64,000 nt of DNA from Candidatus Saccharimonadota bacterium (GTDB lineage: Bacteria > Patescibacteriota > Saccharimonadia > CAILAD01 > GCA-016700035). Made by a program: the position numbers and the translations under genes. Under the pieces are notes generated by a model. The model was not told the origin of the DNA. It worked only from the letters and a program-made list of their open reading frames with translations, and ran no database searches. The stretch's first letter is position 1. The number at the start of each line of letters is the position of its first letter. This document shows positions 45,674-54,647 of this stretch, in pieces. The stretch covers positions 11,510 through 75,509 of the forward strand of contig JAXLZV010000001.1 of NCBI GenBank assembly GCA_046350755.1, written 5' to 3'.

Positions 45674-46626
45674 ATGTTACTCAACAAACGAAAAAATATA
45701 AAACTCGTCGCACGCATTCTGCCCGCGATGCTGTTTTTTTACTTGCCTTTGTTCTCGGAAATAATCATGCGGATGCTGCTGCGTGTGTACCTGGTACCGG
45801 CATGGCTACCCTCACCAACACATCCATTACCGCGCCTGCAGCTGGCAGCTATAAAGTCTGGTTGCGTGTCGCATCGGCTACGCCTTCGGCGGTGAAATCT
45901 CGGGTTGAAGTAACGCCTTCGGGAGGCAGCCCGACGTGCTTTGATGCGACCAATCCATCGCCCAACTCAACTGGTTGGCAGTGGGTGAATGTCGGCACAA
46001 CCAATTTTACCGCCAGTGGTAATACCGTAAAAATCGTCGGCGTTGATGCTGGTTTTCGAGTTGATCGCTTCTTGATAGTTGCCGCGACCACCACCTGTAC
46101 GCCAAGTAACACGCGGGTGACGAGCTCTAATCCTATCGTCGAGCCTGGTGATAACTGTATCCCGGTAACCACCACCACGCCATCAAACGGCAAATCCCAG
46201 CTTTACCGTTTCTGGAGTCCGAAATTTGATAATGAACATTTTTTCACGCTTGATACGGCTGAGTATAATACGCTCCTATCAGATTCCAACTGGGTATACG
46301 AAGGCCGAAGCTTTTCAGTCGACGATTGTAAGAGTGGTACCAAGCAGTCGGTGCATCGGTTCTGGAGTCCGAAGTTTATGAACGCACACTTCTACACAGC
46401 CAACACGGCCGAGTATCAAACACTCCTCAAGGATAGTAATTGGAAATATGAGGGCGTGTCCTTCTGCGCCGATGCCGCGTCAGCCAGTGGGAACAAGCCG
46501 GTCTACCGTTTCTGGAGTCAGAAGTTTCACAACTCACACTTCTACACGACGGATTATGCTGAGTATCAAGTATTGCTCAAGGATACAAACTGGAAGTACG
46601 AAAACATCGCTTTTTACGCCTGGTAG
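45674..46626 (+). pseudogene. frameshifted (T7 tract) secreted beta-sandwich + 3x DUF5648-like-repeat protein; possible phase-variable gene
   Basis: The signal peptide (MLLNKRKNIKLVARILPAM..) is in one frame and the mature protein (MATLT..) in the +1 frame. The two join at the homopolymer TTTTTTT at 45734..45740. A T8 tract would give one ORF that is collinear with the paralog at 46800. Confidence 0.55.
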
Positions 46627-46736
46627 CCAACATCCCCCCAATACTCCACAGGACCTAACGTCTCCAACTAAAAGGACCGATCATCACTATGCTCACCCGC
46701 TTGACTTCTATACCTCTTAAGTTTATTCTTTTGACA

Positions 46737-46771
46737 GATAGTAGATAGTAGATAGTAGATAGTACATAGTT
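46737..46771 (+). repeat. heptanucleotide tandem repeat (GATAGTA)x4 plus one degenerate unit
   Basis: It lies between the promoter-like TTGACT-N17-TATTCT (46701..46729) and the start codon at 46800. Confidence 0.85.
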
Positions 46772-46799
46772 ATAACATCAATATATATAATGGCTCCCC

Positions 46800-47651
46800 A
46801 TGAACATCAAATCATTCGTTAAAATTATCCCAGCAGTGGCGTTTGCCCTGGTGGCTTTTGTTTTTTCTGGTAGTCACGCTAAGGCGGCTAGCTGTGTACC
46901 AGGTACCGGTATGGCGACTCTCACCAATAATGCAGTAACCGCTCCAGCCGCTGGTAGCTACAAGGTCTGGATCCGTGTCTCGGCCGCCTCAGCTCTAGCC
47001 GTCAAGTCACGAGTAGAGGTCACCCCATTGGGTGGCACGGCTACTTGCTTTGAGGTCACTAACCCAGCTCCCACCACAACTGGTTGGCAGTGGGTGAACG
47101 CTGGTACGACTACGCTGACTACAACTGGTAATACCGTCAAAGTCGTCGGAGTTGATGCCGGTGTGCGCGTCGATCGCCTGATCATGGTAGCAGCGACCAG
47201 TACCTGCACTCCGAGTAACACCCGGGTAACTACCACCAGCCCCATCACCGAACCAGGAGATAACTGTATCGTAGCTGCTCCAACCACCACGGTGACAACC
47301 ACCGTCACGCCACCACCGACTTCAACCGTCACGCCACCACCAGCCGACACCACCGCACCAGTTGGTCCAGCTAGCCTCAACGCCACCAGTGCTGGGGCTA
47401 CGCAGATCAATCTGTCGTGGCCAGCCGCCACTGACAACGTCGGTGTCACCAGCTATATCCTGACTCGCAATGGTGTGCAGATCAGTGCTGGTACCAACTT
47501 GAGCTACTCCGACACTGGCCTAACCGCTGGCACCACTTACCAGTACAAGGTAGTGGCCCGTGATGCGGCGGGGAATGTGTCGACGGGGGCAAGTGTTTCG
47601 GTCGCCACGCAAAGCGCGACGGTTACGAACCCAGCTTCAAAAACGAAGTAA
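46800..47651 (+). CDS. secreted protein: signal peptide, beta-sandwich (CBM-like) domain, Thr/Pro linker, FN3 domain
   Basis: Signal peptide MNIKSFVKIIPAVAFALVAFVFSGSHAKA. The N-domain is paralogous to 45802... FN3 domain (LNATSAGATQINLSW..YQYKVVARDAAGN). Confidence 0.6.
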   Translation: MNIKSFVKIIPAVAFALVAFVFSGSHAKAASCVPGTGMATLTNNAVTAPAAGSYKVWIRVSAASALAVKSRVEVTPLGGTATCFEVTNPAPTTTGWQWVNAGTTTLTTTGNTVKVVGVDAGVRVDRLIMVAATSTCTPSNTRVTTTSPITEPGDNCIVAAPTTTVTTTVTPPPTSTVTPPPADTTAPVGPASLNATSAGATQINLSWPAATDNVGVTSYILTRNGVQISAGTNLSYSDTGLTAGTTYQYKVVARDAAGNVSTGASVSVATQSATVTNPASKTK

Positions 47652-47672
47652 GGGCGCCATAGGAAACCCTCG

Positions 47673-48752
47673 ATGCCTACCAAAACTACCCGCAAAACCC
47701 CCGCTCGTAAGAGTAACGTCGCTCGACCCAAGAGTAAGTCAGCTCTGAACGCGAAGTTTACCTTCTCGCGTTCTCAACTAGCGATCGTGATTGGTCTTGT
47801 TCTCGTCATCGGTGGCATCATTGTCTGGCGTGTACTGGCGGCTACCAGTCAAACCGAAGTTGAGACTTGGCCAGCTAGTGGCGGAAATACCAAGACCGTT
47901 GCTGACAATACCGCCTCGGGCGGGAGCTATTTGGAGTTTTTGGCGCCAACGGCGAGTACAACGGTGACGCCAGGCACTACTACACCACTTCCCGCCGGTC
48001 AACTTCGGACCTATCCGCTCCATACGAATATCAATGCCACTACCTACTGGGTTGGGGAGCTCTTTCAAAATACGCCCGATGGTAGCCAGGTTTGCTCGGC
48101 CTATAACAGCAACTGGCTATATTCGTTCTTCCGCCTCGCGCAAGTGAACAATTGCAAGGCACCGACTTCGGGCTACGTCAGTGGTTGTGATGCTGTACTC
48201 AAAAATACAGCCGGCAAATGTGATGATGTAAATAGTATTGCTAGCCTTCGTACCCCAGCGAATGGCTACTTTCCGCCGGGCCTACAGGCAATATATGAGA
48301 ATCCTTTCTATATCGATTTACCCTACGATGACTATAATCCGACCGATGCGACCGATATCACCGGTTATGCAACCCGTTGTGCCGATATCCCATGGGCTAA
48401 CGATCCTGGCTATCAAGGCAATTGCACCAATCGTAATTTCTCTTACATGAAAAATCGATGGGTTCAGGTAATGGCAAATGGTAAGACGTGCTATGGGCAG
48501 ATCGAAGACGCTGGCCCGGCCGATGATGGCAATGGTAACCCCCACTATGATGATCGCGTATATGTGTTCGGTGCAAATGATGCTCGACCAATCAATAAAT
48601 CCTACAATAGTGCCGGTATGGACATATCACCAGCACTAGGTGCGTGTTTAGGTGGGCAATTCAACTCAGATTTAAATGTGAGTTGGCGATTTGTCGATTC
48701 ACCACCTGCTGGTCCATGGACGACAATCGTAACCACTTCTGGTCCGCAGTAA
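47673..48752 (+). CDS. signal-anchored protein with shared N-module and a DPBB-like (RlpA/expansin/GH45-like) C-terminal domain
   Basis: The N-module is a basic tail plus TM plus ATSQTEVETWPASGGNTKTVADNTASGGSYLEFLAPT. The C-terminus NGKTCYGQIEDAGPADDG..GMDISPALGACLG resembles the double-psi beta-barrel of RlpA/expansins. Confidence 0.45.
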   Translation: MPTKTTRKTPARKSNVARPKSKSALNAKFTFSRSQLAIVIGLVLVIGGIIVWRVLAATSQTEVETWPASGGNTKTVADNTASGGSYLEFLAPTASTTVTPGTTTPLPAGQLRTYPLHTNINATTYWVGELFQNTPDGSQVCSAYNSNWLYSFFRLAQVNNCKAPTSGYVSGCDAVLKNTAGKCDDVNSIASLRTPANGYFPPGLQAIYENPFYIDLPYDDYNPTDATDITGYATRCADIPWANDPGYQGNCTNRNFSYMKNRWVQVMANGKTCYGQIEDAGPADDGNGNPHYDDRVYVFGANDARPINKSYNSAGMDISPALGACLGGQFNSDLNVSWRFVDSPPAGPWTTIVTTSGPQ

Positions 48753-48782
48753 TTAGCGTATTAACAAACCCAGGATACAAAT

Positions 48783-49946
48783 ATGCCCACTAAAACTACC
48801 CGTAAAACTCCCGCTCGTAAGAGCAACGTCGCTCGCCCCAAAAGTAAGTCAGCTCTGAACTCGAAGTTTACGTTTTCCAAAACTCAACTAGCGATCGTCA
48901 TTGGCCTCATCCTCGTCATCGGTGGCATCATTGTCTGGCGAGTACTGGCCGCCACCAGCCAAACTGAAGTCGAGACCTGGCCAGCCAGTGGTGGGAACAC
49001 CAAGACTGTCGCTGACAATACTGCCTCGGGTGGCAGCTATCTGGAGTTTTTGGCACCAACGGTGAGTACGACGGTAACGCCAACACCAACGTTATCTATT
49101 CCTACTGGTTACAGCCAGATATTCCTTGATAATTTTGATGGTTCCTCTCTCAATACACTGGTCTGGAAGCCTTATAATAACAACTATGGGAGCGGAAATA
49201 AGGAAGAAGAGTGTAATACGCCTAATAACGTGACGGTAAGTAATGGGTCACTTCTTATAACCGCTAAGCGCGAGAATATTGTTTGTCCGGGTACTTCGAC
49301 GAACTACAGCTTTACGTCCGCCTTCTTGGGAACTCGTGAAAATAATACGTACTTCCCGAAATTCGCACGTTATGAGATGCGAGCTAAGCTACCTCACGCC
49401 CAGGGCCTCTGGCCAGCTTTCTGGTTGCGTCACCGTAACGGATCTACCAACCCGCTAGGAGCTGAAGTCGATGTGATGGAGTATTTCCACTCCCAGGTTC
49501 CTGGTAAAACCTCATCAACTCTCCATTTAGATGGCACTTCTAATGTGGCGAAGAAGACAGTGGCTTTTGAGACTCCAACAACTACACCTGGATGGCATAC
49601 ATGGGCAGTTGAGACTAAGCCTGACATGATCGATACAACCAAGGTTAATTTTTCTTTCACATTAGATGGCACTGAATTCTTTAATATCACTCCATCCCAA
49701 AAAGCTTGGGCAACTGATGCGACAAACGGAGTTGACCCGAACCATATGTTTGATATTGCAATCAACATGGCTGTCGGAGGCAACTACGTCGGGCATCCGG
49801 ATGACGAACTTGGTTGGAGTCGTTATCTCAATAAGTGCCTTAAGCCCTATGGCGGTGCAGCACCCTGCGACGGCACAGGAATATTGCGCGCCAGCTTCCC
49901 AAGTACGTACGAGGTCGATTACGTGCGAGTATTGACCAAGAACTAA
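48783..49946 (+). CDS. signal-anchored GH16 beta-glucanase (laminarinase-like) with shared N-module
   Basis: The same N-module, then GH16 signatures WPAFWL and the catalytic EVDVME (ExDxxE). Confidence 0.65.
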   Translation: MPTKTTRKTPARKSNVARPKSKSALNSKFTFSKTQLAIVIGLILVIGGIIVWRVLAATSQTEVETWPASGGNTKTVADNTASGGSYLEFLAPTVSTTVTPTPTLSIPTGYSQIFLDNFDGSSLNTLVWKPYNNNYGSGNKEEECNTPNNVTVSNGSLLITAKRENIVCPGTSTNYSFTSAFLGTRENNTYFPKFARYEMRAKLPHAQGLWPAFWLRHRNGSTNPLGAEVDVMEYFHSQVPGKTSSTLHLDGTSNVAKKTVAFETPTTTPGWHTWAVETKPDMIDTTKVNFSFTLDGTEFFNITPSQKAWATDATNGVDPNHMFDIAINMAVGGNYVGHPDDELGWSRYLNKCLKPYGGAAPCDGTGILRASFPSTYEVDYVRVLTKN

Positions 49947-49965
49947 CATAGCCGGACTAAGTCTT

Positions 49966-51513
49966 GTGACATCCAAAACTACCCGAAAAACCTCAGGTCG
50001 CAAGACCTCTGCACGGAATAATGTGCCTCGGTCAAAACCCAATTCTAGCTTCAATGCTCCCTTCAAATTCTCTAGTAAGCAGCTCGCTATTGTTCTTGCC
50101 TTAATCCTCGTTATCGGTGGCATCATTGTCTGGCGAGTCCTAGCCGCTACCAGTCAAACCGAAGTTGAGACTTGGCCAGCCAGTGGCGGGAATACCAAGA
50201 CGGTCGCTGATAACTCTGCCTCGGGCGGGAGCTATTTGGAGTTTTTGGCGCCAACGGCGAGTACAACGGTGACGCCAGCGAGCGGATTTGTGCACCCAGG
50301 AGTATTGGTCAGTCAATCACAGCTGGATTTCGTAAAGGCCAAAATCGCGTCTGGTCAGGAGCCCTGGACGAGTGCTTTTAATAAGATGAAATCAAACTCG
50401 CTGGCGAGTAGAACGTACACACCAAGTCCGGTACCAAAACTTATGTGCTCTACGAGCGTTGGGCTTGGTGAAGGATTTCCACAGGCTGGCTGCACTGAAA
50501 TGAACCGCGATGGAGCCGCGACTTACACTCAGGCGCTGATGTATGCCTATACCGGAGATATCACCTATGCGAATAACGCCGCCAAGATTATTAATGCTTG
50601 GACTTCCACTCTCAAGGAAATCCCGTATGATCAGCCCAGGACTTCAACTGGGGCACAGGCATATTGGCAAAATTTACTGGTAGTTGGCTGGTCAACTGAG
50701 ACTATGACTCGAGGGGCCGAGATTATTCGCTATACCAGTAGCGCTATGACACCGGCCCAGATTACGCAGTCTGAAACTTGGTTGAAAGGCTTCATATATC
50801 CGTTCCTGAATAGCTATACGGCCGGCGGCAACGGGAATGGTGGCATGACCTGGACCGAGGCTATTATGAATATTGGAGTCTATACGAACGATAGAGCTAT
50901 CTATGATAAGGCAGTTGCTTGGTACAAGGTGAAAATGCCTCAGCTGATTTATCTTACCAGTGACGGCGCACGGCCACCTTTGCCGACCGATGCTAACACC
51001 GGAAAACCTTGGAGTTGGGGTACCGGTAAGGTTGATGAGCTTTGGCGCTACCCGACACAGTGGGTGAATGGCCTCGAAACGGAGACTTGTCGAGATATGG
51101 GTCATACATTTATGGGGCTGGGTCCAATGAGCAATATCGCAGAAACAGCCTACATCCAAGGGACAAATAACTTCTACGCTGACTACAAAGATCGAATGGT
51201 TGCAGCCTATGAACTCAATGCTGGCTATACGAACCAAATGCTCGATGAGATGGCGAGAAGCGGCTTAGCGACCGACAAGCCTGGATTTGATGCTATTAGT
51301 GCAAATGGGTGGATGCCGACTAATTTTCCTTGCAGTGACTTCATCTCGGGTGGTGGGAGTTCACTACTCGGCACTGAAATCGCATACAATCATTTCGCTA
51401 AGCGACTAGGGCTTTCCATGCCGAATACTAAAAAGCTTGCCGAGCGCACCCGCCCGCAAGCTGGCGGCAATCATCTATTTTTCGAATCTTTGACTCATTA
51501 CCAAGCCCCGTAG
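49966..51513 (+). CDS. signal-anchored polysaccharide-lyase-like (alginate-lyase-family-like) protein with shared N-module
   Basis: GTG start, same N-module, then a large alpha-rich domain beginning HPGVLVSQSQLDFVKAKIASGQEPW that resembles the alginate-lyase/heparinase N-terminal toroid. Low certainty. Confidence 0.45.
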   Translation: MTSKTTRKTSGRKTSARNNVPRSKPNSSFNAPFKFSSKQLAIVLALILVIGGIIVWRVLAATSQTEVETWPASGGNTKTVADNSASGGSYLEFLAPTASTTVTPASGFVHPGVLVSQSQLDFVKAKIASGQEPWTSAFNKMKSNSLASRTYTPSPVPKLMCSTSVGLGEGFPQAGCTEMNRDGAATYTQALMYAYTGDITYANNAAKIINAWTSTLKEIPYDQPRTSTGAQAYWQNLLVVGWSTETMTRGAEIIRYTSSAMTPAQITQSETWLKGFIYPFLNSYTAGGNGNGGMTWTEAIMNIGVYTNDRAIYDKAVAWYKVKMPQLIYLTSDGARPPLPTDANTGKPWSWGTGKVDELWRYPTQWVNGLETETCRDMGHTFMGLGPMSNIAETAYIQGTNNFYADYKDRMVAAYELNAGYTNQMLDEMARSGLATDKPGFDAISANGWMPTNFPCSDFISGGGSSLLGTEIAYNHFAKRLGLSMPNTKKLAERTRPQAGGNHLFFESLTHYQAP

Positions 51514-51685
51514 CGCGCACTGCTTGCCTCATTGCATCATTCATGTTAGAATAGTCTTACAAATTAAGAACGTTTATGAATTTCGGGTCTTTTTGAGTCT
51601 CATTTGAGACCTCATGTAGGGGAGCTGCCTCGCGAATTCATCAGCGAGTAAGTAGTTCAACTACAATCAGAAAGGCTCTTTTCTT

Positions 51686-52891
51686 TTGCAAAATTCATCT
51701 TCATTCCGACGCGGCCATCGTGGTCGCCCTAATTCACCGCATCGCCCCCGTTATGGCGGACAAAAACGGCGTAATAATGGCAAACAATCTATTGATCCAT
51801 CAAAGTTTGTCAACGCAGCCGTCGAAGCCAAGCTCGAAACCCCATACGAATCTAAGCATCAGTTTGCTGATTTTGGCTTTATCGCTGGCTTACAAGCTAA
51901 CCTCGATACTAAGGGGTATAAAACTCCAACTGCTATTCAGGACGGGTCTATTCCAGCCTCACTCGAGGGTAAGGATGTGATTGGTCTAGCCAATACTGGC
52001 ACCGGTAAGACGGCAGCTTTTGTTCTGCCGATCATTCATCAGCTCAAGACGACCGAAGACAAGCGTACGGCGCTGATCATCGCCCCGACGCGTGAGCTGG
52101 CTACCCAGATCGATGACGAATTTCGCGCCTTCGCAAAAGGCCTGCAGCTTTACTCGACCGTTTGTGTCGGTGGTATGAATATTCGTCAGCAAATTCAGCA
52201 GCTCAATCGCCACCCACAGGTCATTATCGGTACCCCAGGTCGCCTGAAAGACCTCGTGCAACAGCGCGCCTTAAACCTGTCGCGGGTTGGTTGGTTTGTG
52301 CTTGACGAAGCTGACCGCATGCTTGATATGGGCTTCTTGCCTGACATCAACTTCCTGATTCAGCAGCTACCAGAAAAGCGCCAATCGCTGTGCTTCTCAG
52401 CTACGATTACGCCAGAGATTTCGCGTCTCTTGGACAAGATGCTCAAAGATCCCGTCACCGTCTCGGTACGCACCACTGAAACCAGTGATCACGTCGAGCA
52501 GAACATCGTTAAAGTCAGCGGTCGCGATGAAAAACTAGCTAAGCTCCAGGAGCTCTTGGCGCAGCCAGACTTTGATCGCGTACTGGTTTTCGGCGAAACA
52601 AAATTTGGCGTCCAGCGCCTAGCTGACACCCTCTCGCGAGCGGGCATCCCATCAGAAGCCATTCACGGCAATAAGAGCCAGCCGCAGCGCCAGCGAGCCC
52701 TCAAAGCTTTCAAAGACGGACGCGTATCGGTACTCGTCGCCACAGACGTCGCGGCTCGTGGACTCGATATCCCCTTGGTCTCGCACGTGATTAACTATGA
52801 TCAGCCGCAGACCTACGATGACTATATCCACCGTATCGGCCGCACTGGTCGAGCCGGCAATCGTGGTCACGCCCTGACGTTCGTCGACTAA
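51686..52891 (+). CDS. DEAD-box ATP-dependent RNA helicase
   Basis: Q-motif region, Walker A TGTGKTAAF, DEAD in VLDEADRML, SAT, and HRIGRTGRAG; Arg-rich N-terminal tail. Confidence 0.85.
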   Translation: MQNSSSFRRGHRGRPNSPHRPRYGGQKRRNNGKQSIDPSKFVNAAVEAKLETPYESKHQFADFGFIAGLQANLDTKGYKTPTAIQDGSIPASLEGKDVIGLANTGTGKTAAFVLPIIHQLKTTEDKRTALIIAPTRELATQIDDEFRAFAKGLQLYSTVCVGGMNIRQQIQQLNRHPQVIIGTPGRLKDLVQQRALNLSRVGWFVLDEADRMLDMGFLPDINFLIQQLPEKRQSLCFSATITPEISRLLDKMLKDPVTVSVRTTETSDHVEQNIVKVSGRDEKLAKLQELLAQPDFDRVLVFGETKFGVQRLADTLSRAGIPSEAIHGNKSQPQRQRALKAFKDGRVSVLVATDVAARGLDIPLVSHVINYDQPQTYDDYIHRIGRTGRAGNRGHALTFVD

Positions 52892-52904
52892 ATATCTGAA
52901 GTAA

Positions 52905-52965
52905 AAAGAAGAACCCCCAGTGAAGTCGGAGTCATAATGACTCGTTCTTCACTGGGGGTTTTGCG
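52905..52965. terminator. bidirectional intrinsic terminator between the helicase and the convergent surface-protein gene
   Basis: A 14-bp stem GAACCCCCAGTGAAG..CTTCACTGGGGGTT, with an A-run upstream and a T-run downstream. Confidence 0.65.
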
Positions 52966-52968
52966 TGC

Positions 52969-53745
52969 TCAGTCCTTCGTGCGCAGCTTGGCCAGCTTGT
53001 CGCGGCGCTGCTGCTGTCGGCGAGCCAACGCATTCTTGCGCATTGACCAGCTGATATAGACGCAGAGCAGCCCAACAATCACCACCGTCCAAGCGATCTT
53101 CGCCTGGAGGCTAATCCAGTCTGATCCGGTGTAGGCCAGCTCTGCTACCGGTTCGGTAGCGACACTGGTCGTCGCCGGTACTGCCTCGCGCACGATGCTG
53201 GTGGCCGAGATCATCGGCTCCGGCAGGGTAGTGGAGGTAGTTGTGCTGGTGGCCACTGGATTGGTGGCAGTCGGGACAATCGAACTGGTGGTTGTAGGCA
53301 CCAGTGTGGTCGAAGTCTCGACCGGCTGGGTATCCGCCGGCTCGTGTGAGTTGCGGCAGTCCAGCGCCAGGTAAGGGCTGTACACAATCTGCACGGCGGC
53401 CTCGTCATCTTCGCGACCAGGGATAGCTGCGTAGACGATGAGTTCACCATCACCCACCTGGGGAACCAGCAACGGGAATTCGAAACTGGCCTGATCTCCA
53501 ACGGGGAAATCAATGATGTGGTGCTCGATGGCGGTGCTTTCTTCGACTGCTTGCACGTTGACCGGCTGCTGCCAGACATTTGTGATCCGCGCAACAGCGC
53601 TGACGTTACCGTCTGGAGCACAACTGGTCTGGCTCACGACGCTAATCAGCGTCGGTGAATTGGTAGCACCGGCGGGAGTGGTCAAACCACCAATTCCGCA
53701 GGTGAGAAGTAGGGCAGAGAGGATGAGCTTGAAAGGTACACGCAT
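52969..53745 (-). CDS. Thr-rich cell-surface protein with a C-terminal LAxTG sorting signal
   Basis: A signal peptide and a Thr/Ser-rich stalk, then LAYTG followed by a hydrophobic segment and a basic tail (RKNALARRQQQRRDKLAKLRTKD), which is the layout of a sortase substrate. Confidence 0.6.
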   Translation of the reverse strand: MRVPFKLILSALLLTCGIGGLTTPAGATNSPTLISVVSQTSCAPDGNVSAVARITNVWQQPVNVQAVEESTAIEHHIIDFPVGDQASFEFPLLVPQVGDGELIVYAAIPGREDDEAAVQIVYSPYLALDCRNSHEPADTQPVETSTTLVPTTTSSIVPTATNPVATSTTTSTTLPEPMISATSIVREAVPATTSVATEPVAELAYTGSDWISLQAKIAWTVVIVGLLCVYISWSMRKNALARRQQQRRDKLAKLRTKD

Positions 53746-53788
53746 AGCAGACTCCTTAGGTCTGGGGCGAATAGATGGCTCAGCTCGT

Positions 53789-53835
53789 TTTTGAGTAAAC
53801 CGTACTACTATACACGTGTTTCAATAATATGTCAA
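53789..53835 (-). promoter_or_regulatory. conserved promoter/leader motif, copy 1 (TTGACA-N17-TATAGT + AGTACGGTTTACTCAAAA)
   Basis: In gene sense: TTGACA (53830..53835 on the complement), a 17-nt spacer ending GTG, TATAGT, then the leader AGTACGGTTTACTCAAAAA. Confidence 0.5.
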
Positions 53836-53893
53836 TAGTAAGGGCTTTTAGAGTAAAAAACCCAGTCGACGAGTAATCGACTGGGCAAACGCG

Positions 53894-54565
53894 CTAGGCG
53901 CCGGTATGAAAGTAGCTAAAGAACCAACCAGCTCGTTCGTGATAGCCATCCGCGGTCAGATGAATGTCATCCCGCTCGTAGACGTCGATCCGATCACCGA
54001 GGTACGTCTGCCAGTCCAAGACTGTCATCGTTGGTATGGTGGCCGCGATTGAACGTACCAGCTTATTGAACCGCGCCGCGCATTCGGCGATCTTGCCGCG
54101 CTCGCCAAGGGTGACAAAGCTTGTCGGCAATCCATCGGTGGCGGTCATCGCGGTAAAAATGCGCCGCTCCAGCTCGGAGTCGGTCACTGGGCTCGCGCAA
54201 TCGTTCGTCCCAAGAGCGATCACGAAGACGTCAGTCTTGGGGGCGGCAGCTGCAATCAACGGCTTTGCTTCCTTGAGGGTTCGTCCGGACTTACCATCCA
54301 GATTCCAATTGAAGCCATGAGTGGACTTGAGCACATAGCTATTCGTGCCAACGGTTAGCGAGTCGCCGATCATCGTGAGATTACGATTGCCGGGCGCAGT
54401 CGTAGTCTGCAAGACTGGCTTATCATCAGCTGACCGAGCCGTCAGCTCAGCCTGCACGGATGCCGGAGTCTTTGCCGGAGCGGTAGTCTCCGCTCCCTTG
54501 GTCTGATTTGAGGCCATAGCCAGACAGACAGCGATAAAAAGGATCCAAATCACTGGACGATTCAT
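53894..54565 (-). CDS. secreted SGNH/GDSL hydrolase
   Basis: Signal peptide, then block I MIGDSLTVG, block III GTNDC and block V DDIHLTADGY. Confidence 0.65.
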   Translation of the reverse strand: MNRPVIWILFIAVCLAMASNQTKGAETTAPAKTPASVQAELTARSADDKPVLQTTTAPGNRNLTMIGDSLTVGTNSYVLKSTHGFNWNLDGKSGRTLKEAKPLIAAAAPKTDVFVIALGTNDCASPVTDSELERRIFTAMTATDGLPTSFVTLGERGKIAECAARFNKLVRSIAATIPTMTVLDWQTYLGDRIDVYERDDIHLTADGYHERAGWFFSYFHTGA

Positions 54566-54597
54566 GGGTGAGCCTTTCGCAGAGGTACAAGAAGTGG

Positions 54598-54644
54598 TTT
54601 TGAGTAAACCGTACTACGCTACACGCTATTAGACATTTTGTCAA
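54598..54644 (-). promoter_or_regulatory. conserved promoter/leader motif, copy 2 (TTGACA-N17-TAGCGT + AGTACGGTTTACTCAAAA)
   Basis: Same architecture as copy 1. Confidence 0.45.
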
Positions 54645-54647
54645 TAG

